From NCBI RefSeq assembly GCF_001652585.1, contig NZ_LWLG01000001.1:30001-62000 (forward strand): 32,000 bases of DNA, read 5' to 3'. Below are positions 9,373-16,714 of the stretch, piece by piece. Made by a program: the position numbers and the translations under genes. Below the pieces are notes generated by a model. It ran no database searches. It was not told where the DNA came from and was given only the letters and a program-made list of their open reading frames with translations. The stretch's first letter is position 1. Every line of letters begins with the position of its first letter. This DNA is from Thermosulfurimonas dismutans (GTDB lineage Bacteria; Desulfobacterota; Thermodesulfobacteria; Thermodesulfobacteriales; Thermodesulfobacteriaceae).

Positions 9373-10016
9373 TCACCCTCCGGATAGGGAAAATCGGAAA
9401 GAACCCTCTCAAGTCCTTTTTCGGCCAGTTGCTGAGCCGTAAGCCACCTCACTCCACCGTAAAGCCTGATTTTAAAAAGATTCTCACTCAAAGGCTTCTG
9501 GGTCTCATCGAACCAGCCCTTCCAAAGGATACGCCCATCGCTACTTCTAAAAAGCACCAAGGCAAAAGCCACGGAAGCGGGCTCCTTGACTGCATAGCCT
9601 CGCCCTTCCCTCTCTCGGAAACGAAATACCTTCCCATATAGAATAGCCTCCGTCCCCAGGGCCTGGCCCAGGGCTTTCACGATCTCGGTTCGAGAAGGTG
9701 CGACAGCCTCGGCCAAGACTTCTCCCCAAAGGGCCTCGAATTCATCCCGAGAGACAAAGCGAAAACCGGGTTTTCCGGCGAGTTTTTCCCGCAGGAGGGT
9801 GTCCATCCATTCCGAGGCTCCGGGAACGATCTCTCCCTTGATAATCGATTGGACTGGACAGGTGAAATAACCGGTTTCACCTCCAGGACAGGCGGCCTCA
9901 AAGGGAAGAACCGCTATGGTCTTGGGACGAGGATAAACCTCGGAGTTACGAGGAGCATGAGTGCAGGCCAGCGGCAGCCATACTAGAAAAGTCAACAGCC
10001 AAAACTTTTTCCGCAT
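9369..10016 (-). CDS. Putative lipoprotein, function unknown
   Basis: Signal peptide plus lipobox MRKKFWLLTFLVWLPLAC. Overlaps the hisA start by 4 nt. No motif I can assign. Confidence 0.6.
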   Translation of the reverse strand: MRKKFWLLTFLVWLPLACTHAPRNSEVYPRPKTIAVLPFEAACPGGETGYFTCPVQSIIKGEIVPGASEWMDTLLREKLAGKPGFRFVSRDEFEALWGEVLAEAVAPSRTEIVKALGQALGTEAILYGKVFRFREREGRGYAVKEPASVAFALVLFRSSDGRILWKGWFDETQKPLSENLFKIRLYGGVRWLTAQQLAEKGLERVLSDFPYPEGE

Positions 10017-10027
10017 TTCTGTCCTCC

Positions 10028-10603
10028 CTAAAGGAGCCCCTTAGTAGAACGGGGGCCACCTTCTGCCGTCCTAAGGGCCCTTCTCAAGGCGTAAGCCAAG
10101 GCCTTGAACACGGCTTCGGCCATATGATGAGCATTTTCGCCATAAAGCAGCCTGACATGCAATGTAAATCGGCCGTTCATGGCCAAGGCTTTGAGGAACT
10201 CTGGGATCAACTCCAAATCAAAGTCCCCTACCCGTTCCCGCGGAAAGGTTCCCTCGAATCGGAAATAAGGCCGCACCGCAAGATCTAGTGCTACCTGAGC
10301 CAAGGCCTCTTCCATAGGAATGGTGGCCTCACCGTAACGGGCAAGGCCCTCGCGCTTCCCCAAGGCCTCGGAAAAGGCCTCCCCCAGTACAATACCCACA
10401 TCCTCCACCGTGTGGTGGGCATCCACGTGAAGGTCGCCACTGGCCTGAATCTCAAGACCAAAGCCGGCATGATAGGCCAAAAGTTCAAGCATATGATCCA
10501 GAAAGCCCACTCCGGTTCCGATCTCGATCGGCCCTCCCGAAAGATCCAGCTTGAGCTTGATCTCCGTCTCCCGAGTCTTTCTAAATTTTTCCACTTTCGA
10601 CAT
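10028..10603 (-). CDS. hisB: Imidazoleglycerol-phosphate dehydratase
   Basis: RKTRETEIKLKLDLSG...GVGFLDHMLELLAYHAGF...DAHHTVEDVGIVLGEAF are the HisB/IGPD signature motifs. Confidence 0.92.
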   Translation of the reverse strand: MSKVEKFRKTRETEIKLKLDLSGGPIEIGTGVGFLDHMLELLAYHAGFGLEIQASGDLHVDAHHTVEDVGIVLGEAFSEALGKREGLARYGEATIPMEEALAQVALDLAVRPYFRFEGTFPRERVGDFDLELIPEFLKALAMNGRFTLHVRLLYGENAHHMAEAVFKALAYALRRALRTAEGGPRSTKGLL

Positions 10604-10715
10604 AAGGGCCTCCAGCGAGCCGATTCTTCCTCAAGCTTAAAGGTTTATAAAAAATTTTGCAATCACACTCCCAAGGATTGACAGAAAAATCTTTCCGAAT
10701 TATCCCTTAATACAA

Positions 10716-10802
10716 GCCGAGGTGGCGGAATTGGTAGACGCGCTGGATTCAGGATCCAGTGGGGATACCCCCGTGCGGGTTCGAGTCCCGCCCTCGGCAC
10801 CA
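10716..10802 (+). tRNA. tRNA-Leu (anticodon CAG), type II with long variable arm, CCA encoded
   Basis: Hand-folded. Acceptor GCCGAGG/CCTCGGC. Anticodon arm CTGGA-TTCAGGA-TCCAG gives anticodon CAG. Variable arm GGGG-ATA-CCCC. T-arm GCGGG-TTCGAGT-CCCGC. Discriminator A plus CCA. Confidence 0.92.
10775..10802 (+). repeat. attL: 28-bp direct repeat (T-arm to CCA of tRNA-Leu)
   Basis: GCGGGTTCGAGTCCCGCCCTCGGCACCA is identical to 27853-27880. Confidence 0.85.
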
Positions 10803-10848
10803 TCTTTCCCTTGATTATCAAGGCTTTCAGAAACCACTCATCCCTCCG

Positions 10849-10866
10849 GGGGACAGTCTGGGGACA
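10849..10866 (+). repeat. GGGGACA x2 at 11-bp phasing (GGGGACAGTCTGGGGACA), left island end
   Basis: A near-identical block GGGGACACTCTGGGGACA occurs at 27774-27791 near the right end. This is a candidate recombinase arm-type binding site, and that function is inferred. Confidence 0.55.
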
Positions 10867-10960
10867 AATGGCGGGAAACCTTTGATACGCAAGGGATAGA
10901 GACCTGAGACTCTTTCTCAATAAGAGGGGTTTTAGGAATTTGACTTCCGATTTTGGCTGA

Positions 10961-12172
10961 TTATTCCCGATTAGAGGAAGCTTTCTTTTCCCGTTTCTCG
11001 AGCCAGTCCCCAAGAGAAACTAGCTTGCGGGACCGGTCTTCGACTTCGGCCAGGGTTATGAGTTTCGGATTAAGGCGGGCATACTTCCGGGTGGTTCTCA
11101 CGTCCGAATGCCCCATGTAAGCCCCGATCTCCTCATAGGAAAGTCCCTGTTTGAGCAGCTGATAGGCGAAAGAGTGCCTCACGCCCTCATAAAGACTAAC
11201 TCCTTCAAGACCTATCTCCGCGCAAGCCTTCCTCCAGAGCTTTGAAAGCAGGGTCTCCCCGTAGTGGTCCGCCCTCGAATGCGAGAACACAAAAAGGGAC
11301 CTTTTGCGCCGGGCAAGCTCTCTCAGGATCTCCTCTATCCCGGAGTGCATAGGCAAAACCTTCCATTTTCCCTCTTTGGGAAGCTCCACGAGCTTCCGGT
11401 AGCTAAAGGTCCGTTTGATGAGTATCTCTTTGGAGGAAAAGTTAACGCAATCCCACATCAAGGCCCTTGCCTCACCGGGACGACAACCGTAGGTCATCAT
11501 GAACTGAAAGATGGGGCGGTGTTCTACCGGAATGCGCTTCAAGATCTCAAGCTGAACCTCAAGATCCAAGCCCGCCGGTATGCGTTCGGGGAGCTTTATC
11601 TCCGGAAACTGCGGCACCTTTTCCAAATCTTCCCGCCGGTGGGCGTAGTTCAGAAGCGCCTTTAACTCGGCCACGATGTTGTAAATCGTCTTGGGAGCTT
11701 TCCCTCTTTTCCGCAGATGATCCACGAATTCCTCGATGTGTTTCTTCCGAATGTCTCGAATGTCGTTTATCCCCAAAGACATGAAAAACCCCAAAACATG
11801 GGTCCTCAGGATTCTCTTGCGATCTTTCAAGGCACTGGGTTTAAGACCTTTTCTTTCGGAGTGCTCTATAAACCTTTCAATGTAGGTCGGGAGCAAAAAT
11901 TCCTTCTGGTCCCGAAGGACATACCTTGAGGGATCAAAGGTGCGGTTTTCTATCTCAAAGGCGATGACCTGCTGGAGCTGTTTGGCCTGCTCGAAGCTAC
12001 TCAAAGGGTTTCCCTGTTTGTCGGAATAGAGCCGGATGCGTCTTCCCTGCCAGGAAAGGTCTATGAAGTAGCGTCTCGGTGTGGTGAAGCACTTGGGGCA
12101 GATGAGACCCACCGGGGTTTCCTGAAAGTTCCTTTTGCACCGGGGGCACTTCTCTTTGGTACGAATGTGCAC
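10961..12172 (-). CDS. int: Tyrosine recombinase / integrase with N-terminal zinc ribbon
   Basis: This is the C-terminal part of track ORF 10961..12943. Catalytic residues: R in GCRPGEARAL, H-x-x-R in GVRHSFAYQ, and H/Y in GHSDVRTTRKYARL. The N-terminus has CPRC-x12-CPKC. Start chosen at GTG 12172, with GGAGG 6 nt upstream. The alternative ATG at 12289 has a poor SD. Codons upstream of these are low-complexity and antisense to the methyltransferase gene. Confidence 0.85.
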   Translation of the reverse strand: MHIRTKEKCPRCKRNFQETPVGLICPKCFTTPRRYFIDLSWQGRRIRLYSDKQGNPLSSFEQAKQLQQVIAFEIENRTFDPSRYVLRDQKEFLLPTYIERFIEHSERKGLKPSALKDRKRILRTHVLGFFMSLGINDIRDIRKKHIEEFVDHLRKRGKAPKTIYNIVAELKALLNYAHRREDLEKVPQFPEIKLPERIPAGLDLEVQLEILKRIPVEHRPIFQFMMTYGCRPGEARALMWDCVNFSSKEILIKRTFSYRKLVELPKEGKWKVLPMHSGIEEILRELARRKRSLFVFSHSRADHYGETLLSKLWRKACAEIGLEGVSLYEGVRHSFAYQLLKQGLSYEEIGAYMGHSDVRTTRKYARLNPKLITLAEVEDRSRKLVSLGDWLEKREKKASSNRE

Positions 12173-12481
12173 TCGGCCCCTCCGCAGCTCCCCGGACTCG
12201 AGGAACTTTTCCAGGATGATCAACCACGCGGCCCTTCTTCTGTCAAGAAGTTCCCCGCCCCCGATCAATCTCCGCCCCCAAATTTCCATTTCTTTCTTTT
12301 TTTGTGGCCATACGGCGTATGCTGGCTCTTTTTCAATTTTTTTGATCTTTCCTTTTTTCGGAGAAAAAACTTTAGGGGGAGGGGGAGATCTTCCTGGTCT
12401 GGAGGAACAGCCTAACCAAATTTTTTCTCGCCTCTTCTTTTCTTTAAAAGGACCAAAAGCACCTAAGCAGAGGTTCTTATC

Positions 12482-13576
12482 GTGAGAGGAGGCTTGAAGC
12501 CTTTTCTTAGGTGGGTGGGAGGCAAGAGGTGGCTTACCGCAAGGTATGGGGACATATTTCCCAGGGAGTTCAACCGCTACATCGAGCCCTTTCTCGGCTC
12601 CGGAGCGGTCTTCTTCTATCTTCTTCCCGAAAAGGCCATTCTCGGAGACATAAACGAAGATCTGATCCTTACCTATGAGGCGCTGCGGGAAGACTGGCGC
12701 CGTGTCTACGACCTTCTCAAGGTCCACCACGGAAGGCACTCGAGGGATTATTACATTCGGATTAGGAGAGAGCGGCCTGAAGGGCTCTTCGAACGGGCCG
12801 CATGGTTTCTTTACTTGAACAGTGCCTGTTTCAACGGGCTTTGTCGGTACAACCTGCGGGGCGAGTTCAACGCCCCCATCGGAAAGGAGATCAAACCTCT
12901 TCCGCCCCCGGAATTCTGGGAGGAGGTTTCCCGGGCCCTTCAAGCTGCGGATCTCCGCGTGAGCGATTTCGAGGCCTTGGTAGATCTAGCAGGTGAGGGT
13001 GACTTTCTCTTTATAGATCCTCCGTATGCGCTTCCCGAAAAAGGAGGGTTCAAGGACTATGTGCTCAAGGCCTTCGGCTGGGAGGATCAGGAGAGGCTCC
13101 TCAAGGCTCTATCGCGGGCGCTTGAGCGGGGAGCCGTGATCCTGGGAACGAATGTTTTTCACGAGGGGCTTGTTGAGATGTACCGGGAGGTTTTCGGGGA
13201 AAACCTGGCCCTAGTGGAGAGGGTAAGCTCTCTGGCTGCTAAAAGGGAAGGGCGAGGGAGGTATCGGGAGTTCATCTTCTGGGGGAACCTTGAGATCCCG
13301 GCTGAGCTGAGGCCCGGGGTACCTCTTGAGGATCTTCCTCGGAATTGCGTTTCGCTTTCGATCTCGGAGGGCGATTTTTCGAAGGACGGTCTTCAAAACA
13401 CTTTTTCTGGGGCAGGGATAGGTTGGATGGCGACGGAGGTTGCTGTCTGGTGGCGGCCGTATGTCTCCGAAGTACGCCACCCTGCCGAAGGGTTGGTAGC
13501 CGTAATCGAACCCGTTTTTAAAAAATGGCTTCGAGTGAGGGACGGTCCTTTCGTAGAGGATCAAGGCTTTACCTGA
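12482..13576 (+). CDS. Dam-family (D12 class) N6-adenine DNA methyltransferase with ~90-aa unassigned C-terminal extension
   Basis: KPFLRWVGGKRWL (SAM-binding N-terminal motif), EPFLGSGAVFF and the catalytic DPPY (FIDPPYAL) are present. The start is GTG, with AGAGG 8 nt upstream. No cognate endonuclease is adjacent. Confidence 0.82.
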   Translation: MRGGLKPFLRWVGGKRWLTARYGDIFPREFNRYIEPFLGSGAVFFYLLPEKAILGDINEDLILTYEALREDWRRVYDLLKVHHGRHSRDYYIRIRRERPEGLFERAAWFLYLNSACFNGLCRYNLRGEFNAPIGKEIKPLPPPEFWEEVSRALQAADLRVSDFEALVDLAGEGDFLFIDPPYALPEKGGFKDYVLKAFGWEDQERLLKALSRALERGAVILGTNVFHEGLVEMYREVFGENLALVERVSSLAAKREGRGRYREFIFWGNLEIPAELRPGVPLEDLPRNCVSLSISEGDFSKDGLQNTFSGAGIGWMATEVAVWWRPYVSEVRHPAEGLVAVIEPVFKKWLRVRDGPFVEDQGFT

Positions 13577-14213
13577 GAAATGGCCCGACTCGGGAGCCTT
13601 CAAGTTGCAGTAATGTAGGCCTCTTTTTCTCAAAGGCCAGCCGAAAGAGGGATATTGCGAGAAAAATCGCCTGCCAGAGGCCTCTCTGGATCGGACCCTT
13701 TTCTTCTGCGGACTCCCTCAGCCCCTTCCCTACAGGGAAAGTGATCGAAAATGACGACCTCGGAAATAACGACCGTTCTACGAATTTTTGGCATGCTGAA
13801 TTTTTTCGAAAATCGTTTTGCAGCTTGAGAAGGCGGCATTTTTCGACAACCGTTGGGCAATTTGGGATTTAGCCCCGCCGAAAACCTGCTGGCCACATCA
13901 GCAAAGGGAGAGCTTAGATTCGAGGTGGCAAAAGATCTCCTCTTTGGTGGGAAGGACCGGCTCCGCAAGGAAGAAAGATACTAATCATTACTGGATCTAT
14001 ATATTCTTCCCCGAGACCCCCCCTTTGAGGCCCTTCTGAGAGCTTCCCGCGTTCCGCCGGAAAGATCTTTTCCTCGGATCTTTCTTTAGGTGAGGACGCC
14101 GAAGGGGAGGACGAAAGAAAATGGATCTGGATCTGGATCTCGTGGCGATCTTGGTTGCGCTGGTTTCCCTGGCTCTCCTCCTTGTGCGTGGTTTCCGGGG
14201 ATTCGGGCCCGCG

Positions 14214-14251
14214 GCATCCGCTCCCTCGGGGGTGCTCTTTTTCTTCTTTTT
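14214..14251 (+). terminator. Possible intrinsic terminator
   Basis: GCATCC-(10 nt)-GGGTGC forms a 6-bp stem with one G-T pair, followed by TCTTTTTCTTCTTTTT. It lies inside the 5' extension of track ORF 14121..15368, which argues for the ATG at 14289 as the real start. Confidence 0.3.
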
Positions 14252-14288
14252 AGACAGGGGTGAAAACTCAAAAAGGAGGAGGAGGACC

Positions 14289-15368
14289 ATGAGGAAGTGT
14301 CATTGCACGAAGCAAAAACTTATGAAGCTAAAGGAAGAGCTTCTTGCCAAACATCTCTACGGTCTCAAAGAGGAGCTTTTGGAGGAGCTAGAGAAAGGGT
14401 GCTTCAAAGGGGATGACGAAGTGGTGGAAAGAGCAAAATCCTTGGTGGCTAGTCTTGACGAATTTCGGCTTTTCTACCCCCAGCTTCAGCACCCGATCTT
14501 AGAAAACCTCTCCGATAAAAAGGTCTTTGAGCTTTTCGAGCACATGAAAAGGGAGCTTCCTTTAAGGGAAGAGGTGGTTAAGAGGATTTTGGTGCAGTTT
14601 CTTTTAAAGTTTTTGATGGGTTCTCGGTGTGCGCGGGCGCCTTTCCTGGTGGGACCTCCGGGGACGGGAAAGAGCCAGGCGGTCGAGGCGCTTCGGTATG
14701 CGCTTGATAGGATTGGAGTTTCGGCAAGCGTCATAAGGGTGGTCTGCACCTCGGGAAAGCTACCCGAGGAACAGATGGACATGAAACTTTTCGGGACCGA
14801 GGTTCACTATTCCAACGCCCATCCTTCGGAGATCTTGAAGCTTGTAGCGCAGAAGAAACACCGGGTGGTGATCGTCTTTCTGGATGAAGTGGACAAGGCC
14901 GGGGTAGAGATCGTGCCCATCCTGGTGAAACTGCTTGATCCAGCCCAACCTTTGGAGGACAACTTTGTTTCCGGGATGTTTCCTGGTCGCAGGCATGATA
15001 TGAGGTACAAGGTTTTTGTGATGCTTGCGGGGAATAGGACCGGGGAGTTCGAAGGGCTACCGGAGCTTTGCGATCGGGTGGAGTTCATCGAGTTTCCGCC
15101 TTACAGCTCGGAGGAGAAGGTGAAGGTTCTCCTGAACCTTTCTTACAGGCACCTTTCGAATGTCTTGAAGAGGTATTCTGCTGAGACTGTCCGCAAGGTG
15201 GCCCGAAAGGTTTTGGCGGCGCATAAAAGTCTCGAAGTGACTTTTCGGTATCTGGTAAACCGGGTGGAGGTGGAGCTTCTTGAGAGACGGTATCGATTCT
15301 TGAGGGTCGGTGGTAAGAAGGTCCAGAGGCCCGCAGATAGGACCAGGATCGGGTTTTGCGTCTTCTAG
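14289..15368 (+). CDS. Lon-like AAA+ ATPase module without a protease domain
   Basis: The ATG at 14289 follows AAAGGAGGAGGAGGACC. Walker A is VGPPGTGKSQ and Walker B is VIVFLDEVDKAG. Next come LLDPAQ...DNF...VFVMLAGN...LCDRVEFIEFPPYSSEEKVKVL, which is colinear with the Lon A-type ATPase module (LLDPEQN...ATAN...LLDRMEVI...GY..EEK). The ORF ends before any Ser-Lys protease domain. The alternative start at 14121 would add a hydrophobic helix (LVAILVALVSLALLLV). Confidence 0.7.
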   Translation: MRKCHCTKQKLMKLKEELLAKHLYGLKEELLEELEKGCFKGDDEVVERAKSLVASLDEFRLFYPQLQHPILENLSDKKVFELFEHMKRELPLREEVVKRILVQFLLKFLMGSRCARAPFLVGPPGTGKSQAVEALRYALDRIGVSASVIRVVCTSGKLPEEQMDMKLFGTEVHYSNAHPSEILKLVAQKKHRVVIVFLDEVDKAGVEIVPILVKLLDPAQPLEDNFVSGMFPGRRHDMRYKVFVMLAGNRTGEFEGLPELCDRVEFIEFPPYSSEEKVKVLLNLSYRHLSNVLKRYSAETVRKVARKVLAAHKSLEVTFRYLVNRVEVELLERRYRFLRVGGKKVQRPADRTRIGFCVF

Positions 15369-15646
15369 AAGCAGGGAGACCGCTAAATGGACGGCCCCGG
15401 GGAGGGCCCGGTTAATCCGCCTTCCTTGGGGTTCCAAAGGTAAAGTGTGCTCTTTGATTGTCTGTTTTACGTTCGGATTAACAAAACAGGAGGGGATGAG
15501 AAGGGAACATAATTTTTGCTGTAAGCCGGACTGAGAGTTTTAGCTCCCTCTACTTCAACCTTCCCGTTTATCTGGTTGATCCTGATCTCATAGACCGGAT
15601 CTATCCCCCGAAAGACGCAAATTTTTGGACCCAAGGTGTACCAGAC

Positions 15647-16234
15647 ATGTCCTCAGGGAAATTAGAACCGGATTTTAAAGGAAAAAATAGTGAAAAGAGA
15701 AGAAAAAAGCTAACCCAAAAAGAGCCGGATAAAAAAGAGTTAGACGACCTACTCTCCCGGAAAAGGGAGCTTGAGGAGAAGCTCCGGCGCATGCTAAATA
15801 TGGAAGGAGTCCTCAGGTATGGGCTTTGCGTGCTTACAGAGTTGAGGGGAGAGATCAATCGTCGGTATTTAGGAGAGTTCGAATCCAGCGTAAGCGACCT
15901 CTTCTCCCGCATTACCCACGGAAATTACACTGGCGTAAGATTCGAGACCGAAAGCCTCTTTTTCGACGGCGACACTTTTAAAACCAGATGGCAAGCCATC
16001 CGTAAGGATGGAAGATCTTTTCCCATTAACGAGCTTTCGGACGGGACTTCTTCTCAGCTCCTTCTCTCCGCCCGATTGGCCCTGATTCGCCTCTTTTTCG
16101 ACCGTAAGGCCTTTTTGCTGCTTGACGAACCCTTCGCCTATTTTGACCATGACCGCACCCAAAAGACCATGAACATATTGCATTCCCTTACCAAGGAGGG
16201 CTGGCAGGTAATCGTGATGAGTGCGAAGGGATAG
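15647..16234 (+). pseudogene. C-terminal fragment of an SMC/SbcC/YhaN-like ABC-type ATPase (no Walker A head half)
   Basis: It contains a coiled-coil remnant, the signature motif LSDGTSSQL, and Walker B/D-loop FLLLDEPFAYFD. No N-terminal P-loop domain is present. The frame is open only back to 15500 and shows no Walker A there. Full-length relatives are several-fold longer. Confidence 0.6.
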
Positions 16235-16253
16235 AAAAAGGAGCTCGGGCGTT

Positions 16254-16572
16254 ATGGGAACGAAAACTTTAGACGACATAAAACGCATTCTTCAAGAGCA
16301 CAAATCAATATTAGCTAAAGAATTTCGGGTTAAAGAATTTAATCTTTTTAGTTCTTATGTGTGGGGAGAGGAAATCGTGGATAAGTGATATTGATATTTT
16401 AGTGGAATTTGAAAGGCTAATCGGCTTAAAGATTGTTGGCCTCAAAGATTATTTAGAACGCATTTTAGGAGTAAAGGTTGATGTAGTTTCTAAAAAGGCT
16501 GTTATCAGGAAACCCAGGTTTTCCGCCTTCACATCTTATCTCACTTTGGCTTGTCAAGAAAATTTAAGTTAG
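16254..16572 (+). pseudogene. Frameshifted MNT-type nucleotidyltransferase (antitoxin of MNT-HEPN pair)
   Basis: Frame 1 from ATG 16254 reads MGTKTLDDIKRILQEHKSILAKEFRVKEFNLFSSYVWGEE and then stops at 16390-16392. The catalytic continuation SDIDILVEFERLIGL...LGVKVDVVSKKA is in another frame (track ORF 16357..16572). This implies a 1-nt indel at about 16375-16385. The 3' end also diverges from the usual family ending. Confidence 0.65.
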
Positions 16573-16707
16573 GTAGAAAAACCTTTTAAAGGAGGGAAAG
16601 AAATACTTGCAGGGTGGCTTAGGAAAAACCACGAATATCCCGAAATTGAGATGACCGAGGAGCGCGAAATCATTGGCGTCGTGAGTCAGAAGATCAAGAA
16701 GTATTGA
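16573..16707 (+). pseudogene. Remnant of DUF86/HEPN toxin gene
   Basis: The 45-codon open stretch reads ...LAGWLRKNHEYPEIEMTEEREIIGVVSQKIKKY*. The YPEI...EIIG spacing resembles the segment just before the RN-x3-H motif of DUF86 HEPN toxins. The catalytic motif and the N-terminal two-thirds are missing. Confidence 0.4.
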
Positions 16708-16714
16708 AATTTCT

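Noticed and set aside
10663-11013. 116-aa reverse ORF spanning the tRNA-Leu gene
   Set aside because: It runs antisense straight through a well-folded tRNA and the att region. It is a spurious ORF.
12173-12943. N-terminal ~257 codons of the 660-aa reverse-strand ORF (10961..12943)
   Set aside because: The sequence is low-complexity and P/K/G-rich. It overlaps the Dam-like gene on the opposite strand and crosses the divergent intergenic region. The integrase domains all lie downstream of 12172/12289.
13525-13968. Track ORFs 13525..13872 (+) and 13630..13968 (-) as genes
   Set aside because: They overlap each other and translate to low-complexity strings with no SD. They are left unannotated and flagged as an unexplained region instead.
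13934-14150. Cluster of eight GATC sites near the Dam-like gene (possible epigenetic switch or origin)
   Set aside because: GATC is very common throughout this window. I count nine in the first ~480 nt of aspS coding sequence. The local density is therefore only about twofold above background and is not convincing alone.
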